Origin: Gammaproteobacteria bacterium
GTDB taxonomy: Bacteria > Pseudomonadota > Gammaproteobacteria > Eutrophobiales > Eutrophobiaceae
Length of the DNA: 64,000 nt
Assembly: GCA_965243205.1 (NCBI GenBank)
Contig: CBDEUK010000002.1
Location: forward strand, 1,856,001-1,920,000
Reading direction: 5' to 3'
Of this stretch, positions 9,949-19,519 are shown piece after piece. The notes under the pieces were generated by a model that was given only the letters and a program-made list of their open reading frames with translations, did no database searches and was not told the DNA's origin. Made by a program: the position numbers and the translations under genes. Each line of letters begins with the position of its first letter. The first letter of the stretch is position 1.

Positions 9949-10497
9949 TTATTTTAAAAATTTACCTAATAAATCATCGACCATACTGCCGTCACCGTCT
10001 TCATCCAGGAAAGAAGTTAATAGGCCTTCTATGCCAGAACTTTGATTCTGACTGCCACCTAGTAACTGTGCTAGGTTACCACCAGCAGAAGATTGCTTAC
10101 TGAGTCCTCCCATGACCATGGTGGCAACTATAGGCAGCATTTTCTTTAATAAAGACGAATCTATACCCGTACTATTTGACGCTCTTCCAGCCACTTCTCG
10201 GCTGACTTCTTTCGAGCCAAATAAATGACCCAAAATAGCATTGCCATCTAAAGCCGTTTCTTGGTTCGCTAGCTGGCTTGGGTTATCTAAATATTGCTGA
10301 TGATTACCTTTATTAAGGGCAGAAATTAACGAACCTAAGCCTCCCTGATTAACATTATTTTTCAAACCGCCAGCTAAAGCAGGAATTAACTGGGCTAAAG
10401 CTGAGTTAGTCTGGCTAGAGTCAAGTCCAAACTGTTTGGCTAATTGCCCAACGGATGCACCGCCTTGAGCTTCTAAAATCGTTTTTAATAGGCTCAT
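9949..10497 (-). CDS. DUF937-like protein
   Basis: GQLAKQFGL, GNAILGHLFGSK, LLKKMLPIVA, acidic C-terminus LDEDGDGS. Confidence 0.8.
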   Translation of the reverse strand: MSLLKTILEAQGGASVGQLAKQFGLDSSQTNSALAQLIPALAGGLKNNVNQGGLGSLISALNKGNHQQYLDNPSQLANQETALDGNAILGHLFGSKEVSREVAGRASNSTGIDSSLLKKMLPIVATMVMGGLSKQSSAGGNLAQLLGGSQNQSSGIEGLLTSFLDEDGDGSMVDDLLGKFLK

Positions 10498-10518
10498 TAA
10501 TTTCTTCTCCTAAGTAAA

Positions 10519-11019
10519 TTAACCTTCTAAAGGGATGCGGATTTTTTGTCCTGGATAAATTAAGTCTGGGTCCTCGATCACTTCACGGTTGGCTTCGAAA
10601 ATTTTCGGATAGTCCATAGCATTGCCGTAGTATTCTTTGGCTATTTTGCTTAGGCTGTCGCCGGATTGAATGACATAAAATTCAACTTTTTGATCGCTTT
10701 GTGGTACCAATTGGTTTTCGGTGTCCTCTGCATCATCGGCAGCCACCATTTCAGTATCCTTAACTTTTAGCCCTGGGGTAATAACATCTTTAACGCCTTT
10801 GACGTTACCCGCCATTAAAATACATTTTTGGTGGGCTTCTACTGAATCACAAACCCCACGTAGGCCGACATAACCACTATCGTAAGTTACATGTAAATCT
10901 TCTACACCAGGGTTATTGGCTTCGATATGAGCCTTAATTCTTTCAGCTGCTTCTTCCGGTTTTTCTTCATTGTCGAATAGTTTTTTACCGATGTCTTTCA
11001 CGAATCCAAATAAACTCAT
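10519..11019 (-). CDS. BON-LysM protein (Kbp/YgaU-like)
   Basis: MSLFGFVKDIGKKLF, AGNVKGV, LysM YVIQSGDSLSKIA...IFEANR...IYPGQKIRIP. Confidence 0.9.
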   Translation of the reverse strand: MSLFGFVKDIGKKLFDNEEKPEEAAERIKAHIEANNPGVEDLHVTYDSGYVGLRGVCDSVEAHQKCILMAGNVKGVKDVITPGLKVKDTEMVAADDAEDTENQLVPQSDQKVEFYVIQSGDSLSKIAKEYYGNAMDYPKIFEANREVIEDPDLIYPGQKIRIPLEG

Positions 11020-11248
11020 ATGTCTTCTCCTAGAGGGTTATTATTATAAAACCCAAACAGATTCTTATGTTTCTTGGATGCTGTCAATGCAGATCGGTTA
11101 AAAATCAATCAAAATTAGGTTTTTTTAAAGAGTTTTTTATATTTGTTTTCGATAGAGGTTTTATTCTTAATTTGATTGGGCTTTAATTTATACTAAACCT
11201 ATCGGTGGTGTGAGACATCAAATTAAATTATTAACAGGAATCATTGTT

Positions 11249-11410
11249 ATGGCGAAAAGTACCCTTATGAAAATTGCAGTTATATCAGGTGCCGTAGCGG
11301 TTGGGTTGGTTGGCGCGATGATGAATGGGTGGGTAGGTTTATTTTGGGGTGTTCTGTTAGGAGGTACTTTGGCTGGCGCCATTACATCTTCATTTATTCA
11401 TAACGCCTAA
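11249..11410 (+). CDS. Small Gly-rich membrane protein (~53 aa)
   Basis: AGGA upstream of ATG 11249; two hydrophobic, GxxxG-rich helices. Confidence 0.6.
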   Translation: MAKSTLMKIAVISGAVAVGLVGAMMNGWVGLFWGVLLGGTLAGAITSSFIHNA

Positions 11411-11427
11411 AACTTAGGTCGCTTAAA

Positions 11428-12339
11428 CTAAGCGACCAATAAACTCATAGTCTCTTCAAATTTAATTTCGATTTCTTCAAAATTAAATTGTTTTTCAAAA
11501 CCCTGTTCCAGTTGTAAAAAATTAATGACTTCAGGTTGAATTTCATCTGTTACCGAGAGAGTTTCACAAAAGCTGCCAACACACGAGCGGTTAGCAAGAA
11601 CATTGCTCACATGCAGTATGCAAGCATCCATTTTGGCAAATTCGGATTTTAAAGGTTCATGGTGATAGCGAACAGACTCACATAAAGTTAACGGCAGTTT
11701 CCATTCTTCCATCATGAGAGCGCCTAAAACGGCATGGTTGAATCCAATGAGTTTTTGTTCCATTTGATATAAATGCTCTTCCTCGCCACCAGCATCTTCA
11801 ATAATGTCTTTGGCGAGTTCCGGAAAACGAGTATTGATAACTAATGTACCTATGTCATGTAACAAGCCTGCAACAAATAATCTTTCAGGTTGTAGAACAT
11901 TTAGTTGCTTAGCTAATGATTTTGCGACCAAGCCTGTATATACCGCATGTCTCCAAAAGGTACTCATATTGGTTAGCTTATCAGGAATACGAGAAAACGA
12001 TTCAACTGAAGTAATCGCATAGACTAAATTAGTTAATTCATTAATTCCTATAATTGTGACAGCTCTAGAAACGGTATCGATTTTTGTGCTTAAACCAAAA
12101 TATGAACTATTAACCAGTCTTAACAGACGGGCAGTGAGATTCGGATCATGGATAATGACATTGGCTAGGCTTTCAGAAGAGCTATTTTGATCTTGTAAAA
12201 CCTCGTGTACTTTATGACAAACTTCAGGTGGAGAGACTAGCGCTGATAAGTCTTTAACAATACTTTTGGCGACAATTTCTCTTACGTCAGAGTTTTCAGT
12301 ATGTTTTAAATTGTGATCTGTGATTAAGTTTGCAGTCAT
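11428..12339 (-). CDS. Stand-alone HDOD domain protein
   Basis: DPNLTARLLRLVNSSYFG, FWRHAV, AGLLHDIG, IGFNHA, WKLP, RYHH. Confidence 0.93.
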   Translation of the reverse strand: MTANLITDHNLKHTENSDVREIVAKSIVKDLSALVSPPEVCHKVHEVLQDQNSSSESLANVIIHDPNLTARLLRLVNSSYFGLSTKIDTVSRAVTIIGINELTNLVYAITSVESFSRIPDKLTNMSTFWRHAVYTGLVAKSLAKQLNVLQPERLFVAGLLHDIGTLVINTRFPELAKDIIEDAGGEEEHLYQMEQKLIGFNHAVLGALMMEEWKLPLTLCESVRYHHEPLKSEFAKMDACILHVSNVLANRSCVGSFCETLSVTDEIQPEVINFLQLEQGFEKQFNFEEIEIKFEETMSLLVA

Positions 12340-12370
12340 CGGCTATTTTTTTATTTGTGATGTATCAACT

Positions 12371-12397
12371 TTAACGACAAAACAAAAAAAAACTTGA
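12371..12397 (-). promoter_or_regulatory. Sigma28 (FliA)-type promoter of the HDOD gene
   Basis: TCAAG-N14-GTCGTTAA on the minus strand, ~30 nt upstream of the start. Confidence 0.6.
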
Positions 12398-12443
12398 GTA
12401 AAATTAGTGATATGGTTGTAAGAAGGCAAAACTCAAAAATAAT

Positions 12444-13280
12444 ATGAATCAAGATAGAGTCTATTTAATCATTGGTTGTGGATACCTCGGTAGGTATTTG
12501 CTAGAAGAGTTGGATGAAGAAAAAGTCATTGTGACATCAAGAAATCAAACCAAGCTTGAGAATTTTGAGCAAGAAGGTTTTGAAAACTTATATTTTGATA
12601 TTAATGAAGATCGCGATGAGTTTTTTCAACAACTAACAACCCATAATAACATTACAATATTTTTTTTATTGCCACCCAGTAAAGTTCAACTTGAAGGTTT
12701 AGAAAATTTTTTACAAAAAATAAAAGATTTATCTATCCATAAAGCTATTATGATTTCTTCAACGGTTGTCTATGGTAATGAACCTAGATTAGTCGATGCT
12801 GATAGTTTAGTGATGCTTGATTCAGAGCGTGCAAAAAAACAATATTCGATTGAGAAATTATGGTTAGAAATATCTAGACAATTTTATTCTGTTCGTTTAG
12901 CGGGAATTTATGGAAAAGAAAGAGTGATAGGAATTCGAAATTTACAGCAGCAAAAACCTATAAGTTCTGATCCTGACGCTTGGTTGAATTTAATCCATGT
13001 TGAAGATGCTGCAAAATTAGTTTGTAAAATTGCTGAATCAAGCACAACAGAAAGAGTTGAGTTAGGATGTGATAATCATCCAGTTAAGCGACGAGAATAT
13101 TATTCTTGGTTGGCTAGTCAGCTTAATTCTCCGCAGCCGATATTTGAAAATAAAAATGAAGCTAGAGGTGCTAATCGACAATGTTCAAGTCAAATCACGC
13201 AACAACGAACAGGCTGGCAGCCATTTTATAAAAATTACCAAGAAGGTATTCGGGCGGCTTTAAGAACAACAAGTGATTAA
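12444..13280 (+). CDS. NAD-dependent epimerase/atypical SDR (YeeZ-like)
   Basis: [32 protein letters not shown]. Confidence 0.85.
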   Translation: MNQDRVYLIIGCGYLGRYLLEELDEEKVIVTSRNQTKLENFEQEGFENLYFDINEDRDEFFQQLTTHNNITIFFLLPPSKVQLEGLENFLQKIKDLSIHKAIMISSTVVYGNEPRLVDADSLVMLDSERAKKQYSIEKLWLEISRQFYSVRLAGIYGKERVIGIRNLQQQKPISSDPDAWLNLIHVEDAAKLVCKIAESSTTERVELGCDNHPVKRREYYSWLASQLNSPQPIFENKNEARGANRQCSSQITQQRTGWQPFYKNYQEGIRAALRTTSD

Positions 13281-13780
13281 AGATTTTTATTAATATCTTT
13301 ATCTTTCTTTCTAGATTCTTTTTGTAAATCTAATTTGTATTGTTCTAGTTTGGTTCTGATTTTTTGATCATGAGTTGCTAAGATTTGTACGGCGAGTAAT
13401 CCTGCGTTTTTTGCGCCATCAATTGCAACAGTAGCAACTGGTACGCCGCCAGGCATTTGCACAATAGATAATAAGGAATCCATACCATCCAGCGAACGAC
13501 TCTTTACTGGAACTCCAATGACCGGTAATGTCGTCATACTAGCTACCATTCCTGGTAAATGTGCTGCGCCTCCAGCGCCTGCAATAATAACTTTTAAACC
13601 TTTCTGAACGGCTTGCTTGGCATACTTTGCCATATCCATAGGTGTGCGATGAGCTGAGACAATATGTACTTCGTGGGCAACGGAAAAACTTTTGCAAATT
13701 TCTGCAGCGGCTTGCATTACTGGCCAGTCAGAGTCACTGCCCATAATAATTCCCACACTTGGATTGTTTGATTTAGCCAT
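13277..13780 (-). CDS. purE: N5-CAIR mutase
   Basis: [38 protein letters not shown]. Confidence 0.97.
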   Translation of the reverse strand: MAKSNNPSVGIIMGSDSDWPVMQAAAEICKSFSVAHEVHIVSAHRTPMDMAKYAKQAVQKGLKVIIAGAGGAAHLPGMVASMTTLPVIGVPVKSRSLDGMDSLLSIVQMPGGVPVATVAIDGAKNAGLLAVQILATHDQKIRTKLEQYKLDLQKESRKKDKDINKNL

Positions 13781-13782
13781 AT

Positions 13783-14958
13783 CTATTCTGCTCCAAACTT
13801 TATCAGTTCTGCTGCGGTTTTAGCGGTATTAAGAACGGATTCCAGTTTATTACCAATGACGGTTATATGTCCCATCTTGCGCCCTATTTTACTTTCTAAT
13901 TTGCCATAACTGTGGATATGCACGCCAGGGAGTTTTAAAGCTTGTTCAATGCCTGTAGGAAAGCCGGAGCCATTTTGGTCACCAAGCAAATTAACCATCA
14001 CTGCAAATTTACTGCGCATATCGGTTGAACCTAAAGGCCAATTAAATAATGCACGAACATGATTTTCAAATTGTGAGCATTCACAGGCTTCTATTGTGTA
14101 ATGGCCAGAGTTATGAACTCTTGGTGCCATTTCGTTTAATAAGATTTCATTATCATTGCTTAAAAACATTTCCACGCCTAAGGTGCCGACACCATCGACA
14201 GCTATGACGGCTTGTTTGGCAAATTCAGTTGCTTTAGCTGCAAGTTCGGTCGGGATGTTTGCTGGCGCAATTACAGTATGGCAAATATGATCTTTTTGAA
14301 TGGTTTCAACCACTGGGTAAGTGACTATCTCACCGTCCCTCGAGCGTGTTACCATCACAGCAAGTTCTTTTTGAAATGGGCAAAAGGCTTCAACGTATAA
14401 GGTGCGACCTTTATTACCTTCTAGTTTCAACCACGCTGCTTCTACATCTTTTTCCGATTCAATCGTTGCATTACCTTTGCCATCGTAACCATTGCGTCTG
14501 GCTTTTAATACTAATGGCCAAGCTAACTCTTCCGCTGCTTCTGTTATATCCTCAGGATTTGAAACAGACATAAATTTCGGCATTGCAATACCAGCTTGGG
14601 CCAAGGTTTGTTTTTGAATATATTTGTCTTGAATAAGGCCTATGGTTTTTGAGCTGGGGATGAGTTGAAAGCCTGCGGCTTCTAATTCAGAAAGTGCGTT
14701 TGCATCAACAAATTCATTTTCTAAACTAACGATGTCTGATTTTTCACCTAGGGCAATCAAGTTTTCCGCTTTATCCCAATCACCAATGAAATAATCTTTT
14801 GCAAGAGGAAGGGCCGGGCTGATATCGCTGCGTTCAAGAATCACAACTTCTGCACCTAAGGCTTGAGCTGAATGCGCTGTCATTTTGGCGAGTTGCCCAC
14901 CACCAACAATACCGAGTCGGTAGCTTGCAGGATTATGTTTTCGTGTTAGTTTTTGCAA
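13783..14958 (-). CDS. purK: N5-CAIR synthase (ATP-grasp)
   Basis: [38 protein letters not shown]; TTG start uncertain. Confidence 0.95.
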   Translation of the reverse strand: MQKLTRKHNPASYRLGIVGGGQLAKMTAHSAQALGAEVVILERSDISPALPLAKDYFIGDWDKAENLIALGEKSDIVSLENEFVDANALSELEAAGFQLIPSSKTIGLIQDKYIQKQTLAQAGIAMPKFMSVSNPEDITEAAEELAWPLVLKARRNGYDGKGNATIESEKDVEAAWLKLEGNKGRTLYVEAFCPFQKELAVMVTRSRDGEIVTYPVVETIQKDHICHTVIAPANIPTELAAKATEFAKQAVIAVDGVGTLGVEMFLSNDNEILLNEMAPRVHNSGHYTIEACECSQFENHVRALFNWPLGSTDMRSKFAVMVNLLGDQNGSGFPTGIEQALKLPGVHIHSYGKLESKIGRKMGHITVIGNKLESVLNTAKTAAELIKFGAE

Positions 14959-15085
14959 AATTTATTTTTTGTATAGCCGTGAAAAAACGGGCGACTTTAG
15001 CATAGAATAGGTAATAAAGCTTGCTATTTTAAAGCAAAAATAGCTAAAAAAATAATTGGAAATGTTAGCTTAAATAATTAGTAGA

Positions 15086-16813
15086 TTATTGAGTTACACA
15101 ACGGTTTTTACCAGAATTCTTTGCTTCGTAAAGTGCATTATCGGCACGGTTAAATACCGTTTCAATATCGTCTTCTTTGGCAAACTCTGCTATGCCAATG
15201 GATACGGTGATAGGAACTTTCTTTTTGTTATATTGAAAAACACATTTGCTGACGGTGTTGCGTAGGTTTTCTGCGGCGACTAATGATTGTTCTAAGTTAG
15301 TATTTGGGAAGACCAATACAAACTCTTCACCACCATAGCGCGCGATAAAATCAATATTGCGAATTTTATCATCACAAAGTTTAGCGACCGTTTTTAATAC
15401 TCTATCGCCTGCTGTGTGACCATATTGATCGTTAATTTTTTTAAAATCGTCAATGTCAATAATACCTAAACTCAAAGATTGTCCATAACGTTCACAACGT
15501 GAGAATTCTTCTTGAATTTTATCTTCATAGGCATGTCGATTTGCAATACCTGTTAAAGCATCTTTTAATGCTTTGTTTCTTTCTTCGATGATGGTTTTTT
15601 GTAAACGTTGGCTTTCGTTTTCTATCTGTACTACGCGTTTGGCTAATGATTCTATGGCTTTTTGTGATTCATGTTGTTTTTCTTGTTCAGATTTTAAGTG
15701 GATATCTAAGTTAGCATCGATGATTTCAAGATGGGAATCTAAAGTGATTTTTATTTCATCAATATCATTACAAGAATCAATATCATTTTTTAATTGCTCA
15801 GCTGACTCTTTCATTTGCGTATTAAATTGTTCGGCTTTTGATAAGCTATTAGCTTGTTGAGATTGACTGCCTACTAAATGTTCTTCGAATTCTTTAAGAC
15901 GCAGGATAACTTTGGATAAATAGTTTTGAATTTCTCCTAACTCTGCTTGCAAACTACGATTTATCTGGCTGATAAAATCGCTAATGTTTTTTAACGCTTT
16001 TTGCGGATTTAGTTGAAACGATTCTTCAGTAAACTCATCTTTAAGTTGAGAGAACTCTTGTTTAAAATTTTCTGGTATGCTTATCCATTCTAATAGTTGA
16101 ATGAAAAGTTCATAAGTATTGTTAAGGTCAGAAGAAGTTTCGTTTGGTTCATTAAGTAACTCATTTAATAAAAAGATAATTTCTTCAATTGTTTTTAACT
16201 GTTCTTGATGTTCAGAGACGCTTTGCAGACGCGAACTGAGTTGCTTTAATTGATTATTTGAATTGGCTGGCAGATGAAGTTTCGAGAGAACTGGGATGAG
16301 ATTATCTTGTTTGTTTGAAAGCGGAACTACATTATCTGATCTTTCTTGGAGTAGTTCATTCATATAACTACTGAGTTGTTGAATAAGTTTGTTGTTTTGC
16401 TCAGCGGTAGGTTGCTCAGATAGTTTTTGTTTTAAACGACTTATACCATGTTGATGTTCAGAGTTAGTTTCTAGTTGATCCAGAAAAACAATTAGAGGGT
16501 TATCATTAGCAGAGTTTTTATTATCTAGTACAGGTTCTTCATTATTCGCTAAAATTTGATCTAGAACGGTCTGAATAAGTTGTTCACGTAGCTTTCTATC
16601 TTTTGTATTGCGAATTTTTTTTCTAAATGTGCTGATGCCATTATCAAGTGTTTTATTATGGCCTTGATGAGAAATACATAATTTAACAATGAAGCTTATT
16701 AATGAATCTTCGCTGGACTCAAGAAGGCTTTCTTGAGCATCGAGTTGATCAAGGAGTTGATAATATTTCTCCTTCCAGTCTTTCTCTGATTTTTTTAATT
16801 CAACTGCAGACAT
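15086..16813 (-). CDS. Diguanylate cyclase with long coiled-coil N-terminus
   Basis: DALTGIANR, DIDDFKKINDQYGHTAGD, RNID I-site, RYGGEEF, ADNALYEAK. Confidence 0.93.
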   Translation of the reverse strand: MSAVELKKSEKDWKEKYYQLLDQLDAQESLLESSEDSLISFIVKLCISHQGHNKTLDNGISTFRKKIRNTKDRKLREQLIQTVLDQILANNEEPVLDNKNSANDNPLIVFLDQLETNSEHQHGISRLKQKLSEQPTAEQNNKLIQQLSSYMNELLQERSDNVVPLSNKQDNLIPVLSKLHLPANSNNQLKQLSSRLQSVSEHQEQLKTIEEIIFLLNELLNEPNETSSDLNNTYELFIQLLEWISIPENFKQEFSQLKDEFTEESFQLNPQKALKNISDFISQINRSLQAELGEIQNYLSKVILRLKEFEEHLVGSQSQQANSLSKAEQFNTQMKESAEQLKNDIDSCNDIDEIKITLDSHLEIIDANLDIHLKSEQEKQHESQKAIESLAKRVVQIENESQRLQKTIIEERNKALKDALTGIANRHAYEDKIQEEFSRCERYGQSLSLGIIDIDDFKKINDQYGHTAGDRVLKTVAKLCDDKIRNIDFIARYGGEEFVLVFPNTNLEQSLVAAENLRNTVSKCVFQYNKKKVPITVSIGIAEFAKEDDIETVFNRADNALYEAKNSGKNRCVTQ

Positions 16814-16875
16814 GTAATCTTCTCAAAATCGTTAAGTAATATAACGACAGAGAAAATTTAGTTAGAAATAGAAGA

Positions 16876-16902
16876 ATGACCAGGTTTAATTAACCTGGTC
16901 AT
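16876..16902 (-). terminator. Hairpin/terminator after dsbA
   Basis: ATGACCAGGTT-N5-AACCTGGTCAT followed by a T-rich tail on the minus strand. Confidence 0.65.
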
Positions 16903-16912
16903 ATTACTGTCG

Positions 16913-17527
16913 TTATTTAGATTCTTTATCGACGAGTTGATCGGTAACCTTTAGCATATTTTCAAAGCTACCAGCGATTGATGAACCAGTTAGATATTTA
17001 CCTTCAATAACAATTGAAGGAACGCCCCGGACTTGATAACGTCTGCCTGCTACAAAAGCTTTTTTTACTTTGTCATTGACGGCATCAGACTCATAGGCAT
17101 CATTGAATTTATCTTCATCTACACCATGTTCAGCATAAAATTTAGCTAAACTTTTTTGATCGTTAAGGTGACGTTTTTCTTTGTGAATCGCGTTGAATAG
17201 GGCTTGGTGGGTTTTCTCTACAACACCAAGTTCTTCAGCAGCGTAATAAGCACGCCCTAATGGGATCCACTCATCGCTGAAAATACCTGGCATACGACGG
17301 AATTCTACGTTCTCTGGTTTTTTATTTTCCAACCAATCTTCTAGGTAAGGCTCGAACTCATAACAATGAGGGCAGCCATACCAAAAAATTTCGACGACTT
17401 CGACTTTCCCATCCGCTACTTGCGTAGGTTGGGCGGGGTCGATCATTTTATATTGGTCTTCGGCATTGGCAAATAAAGCAAAAGCCATTAAAGAAAAGAT
17501 AAAAATAGTTCGAGCAAAAGAGTTCAT
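16913..17527 (-). CDS. dsbA: Thiol:disulfide oxidoreductase
   Basis: Signal peptide, EIFWYGCPHC, cis-Pro motif GVP. Confidence 0.95.
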   Translation of the reverse strand: MNSFARTIFIFSLMAFALFANAEDQYKMIDPAQPTQVADGKVEVVEIFWYGCPHCYEFEPYLEDWLENKKPENVEFRRMPGIFSDEWIPLGRAYYAAEELGVVEKTHQALFNAIHKEKRHLNDQKSLAKFYAEHGVDEDKFNDAYESDAVNDKVKKAFVAGRRYQVRGVPSIVIEGKYLTGSSIAGSFENMLKVTDQLVDKESK

Positions 17528-17712
17528 ATAAGAATAGTTCCTATGTTTATTTAATTCTTTAGAGCATTCATTTGGATGAAGGTTTCATTTGGGCTCCACC
17601 GCAGGCCGAGTATTGTACACAGTTGAATGTCATTTTAATGACAATTTTTAAGCTACGATATTCTAAGAAAGTTGATTCTACTTTCTTTCCTAGAAGATGC
17701 TTTATACTGGAA

Positions 17713-18309
17713 TTAATGTAGGCCTTGGACGAAATCTGCTACGGCTTTAATTTCTTCGTTGCTCATCTTACCTGCGATGGTATGCATAACTGCATTTTCT
17801 CGTTCGCCATTACGAAAGGCATTCAATTGTGTTTCAACATATGTTGCATGTTGACCACTTAATGATGGATATTGAGCAGCTGGGTTACCAGCACCACGTG
17901 GTCCATGACAAGCCATGCAAGCAGGGACTCCTGTATCGGCATTACCCGCACGATACATTTTTGCACCTTGTTGTACTAACTCAGGATGCGCTTTACTAGG
18001 TTTAGCTTTTTGTGAACTGAAATAAGCGGCAAGGTCTGCTTTATCTTGATCCGTTAAATCCTTTACCATTGGCGCCATTTGCGCATTGGTACGAACGCCT
18101 TTTTGGAAATTATTGATTTGCAATACTAGATATTGTTCGTGTTGCCCGGCTAACTTTGGCCAAGCAGGGTTATTACTATTACCATCTGCACCATGGCAAG
18201 CGGCACATTTTTGAGCTTTTTCGCGCCCAGCAGCAATATCACCTTGGGCATGAGTGGTTAAGCAAACAAATGTAAAGGCAAAAACAGCAACTATTTGATT
18301 GATTTTCAT
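17713..18309 (-). CDS. Di-heme cytochrome c4
   Basis: Signal peptide, CAACH and CMACH, WPKLAGQH/YPSLSGQH. Confidence 0.95.
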   Translation of the reverse strand: MKINQIVAVFAFTFVCLTTHAQGDIAAGREKAQKCAACHGADGNSNNPAWPKLAGQHEQYLVLQINNFQKGVRTNAQMAPMVKDLTDQDKADLAAYFSSQKAKPSKAHPELVQQGAKMYRAGNADTGVPACMACHGPRGAGNPAAQYPSLSGQHATYVETQLNAFRNGERENAVMHTIAGKMSNEEIKAVADFVQGLH

Positions 18310-18416
18310 CGTTTCCGGGTATCCTAAGTTCTTCTCATACAGGTCATTGGAAATGCAGGGATTATACCGATATCAGCCAATGGGTTAAGCGATCATTAAA
18401 AAATAATAGGTGAAAT

Positions 18417-19013
18417 TTGATAAAAAATAAATTTAGGGCAAGCCGATACATCAAGAATGCGGAATTATGTGAGCAATTACCAACTGATACTGGTATCGAA
18501 GTTGCGTTTGCAGGGCGTTCAAACGCCGGTAAATCCAGCTTGATTAATGTACTTACAGATCAAAAATCATTAGCTAGAACCAGTAAATTACCAGGTCGTA
18601 CCCGTCATTTAGTATGTTTTGAGGTCGAACCAGAGCGACGATTGATTGATTTGCCAGGCTATGGCTATGCAAGCGTGAGTCTTCAAATGAAAGATAAATG
18701 GGGTAAGACATTAGATAAATACTTTCAAACTCGTCAGTCATTAGCAGGCCTCATTCTAATCATGGACATACGACATCCGCTAAAACCAGATGATTATCAG
18801 ATGATTCAGTGGTGTGACGCTAGTTCTTTGCCATTACATATCGTGTTGAATAAATCAGATAAGTTATCTCGTGGAGCTGCTAGCCAACAGTTGTCGTCTG
18901 TAAAAAAGCAATTATCAGATGATGCTTCAATACAGTTATTTTCAGCCTTAAAAAAGCAAGGTTTAGATCAATTATTGGAAAAATTGAATATTTGGTTTGG
19001 ATTCGACAAATGA
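18417..19013 (+). CDS. engB: Ribosome biogenesis GTPase EngB/YihA
   Basis: GRSNAGKSS, DLPGYGYA, DIRHPL, NKSDKL. Confidence 0.96.
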   Translation: MIKNKFRASRYIKNAELCEQLPTDTGIEVAFAGRSNAGKSSLINVLTDQKSLARTSKLPGRTRHLVCFEVEPERRLIDLPGYGYASVSLQMKDKWGKTLDKYFQTRQSLAGLILIMDIRHPLKPDDYQMIQWCDASSLPLHIVLNKSDKLSRGAASQQLSSVKKQLSDDASIQLFSALKKQGLDQLLEKLNIWFGFDK

Positions 19014-19135
19014 AAAAAGTGGCCTCAGGAACATGAGAGGGGGGAGGATCCTGAGGCCATTTATAGTATTCCCGGCTATTGGGTAACCGGTAGAAAAAGT
19101 ATCACCCAGGGAGTAAGGGTGATTATTTTTTTCTT
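19013..19135 (-). ncRNA. Candidate three-hairpin sRNA at the Spot42/ErsA position, convergent with engB
   Basis: Three hairpins with C-rich loops, the last followed by CUUUUUU; sigmaE-like promoter upstream; ends approximate. Confidence 0.6.
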
Positions 19136-19140
19136 GTTAG

Positions 19141-19168
19141 TTAGTATTTTTTACTTGCAAAAAGTTCC
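19141..19168 (-). promoter_or_regulatory. RpoE/AlgU-type promoter
   Basis: GGAACTT-N16-ACTAA on the minus strand. Confidence 0.6.
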
Positions 19169-19282
19169 AGCTTCAGGATCAAAATTATTTGATCCGCGTT
19201 TTTTATACACAATTTTATTCATTGTTGCCTAGATCACAGATTATTGTTTAATCACTCCTTCTAAAAGCCGCGTATTATGGTG

Positions 19283-19497
19283 TAAGTTATTGATATTTAT
19301 AGATAAGCACAACGTTGGTTAAATTTTAACAAATTTGTCATATAAGCCTTAAAAAAAGGCTTTTTTATCGTTTGTACGCTATTTATCCCCAAAGTTATCC
19401 ACTGAAAATGTGGATAAAAATCGAAAGGTTTATTGTGCAATATCTTAGATAAAGTTCATCGAATAAAGAATTAAAAGCTTACGCTAAGTGTTTGATT
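19283..19497. promoter_or_regulatory. DnaA-box trio flanked by two IHF consensus sites (DARS-like)
   Basis: TTATCCCCA-3nt-TTATCCACT-5nt-TGTGGATAA (19383-19417); WATCAANNNNTTR matches on the minus strand at 19283-19295 and 19485-19497. Confidence 0.65.
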
Positions 19498-19519
19498 GTC
19501 GCGTTGCAATATATAGATT

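Noticed and set aside
19170-19500. oriC call for the DnaA-box/GATC region
   Set aside because: No dnaA, gidA or mioC context, no clear DUE repeats, and the box geometry fits a DARS core better; not formally excluded without GC skew
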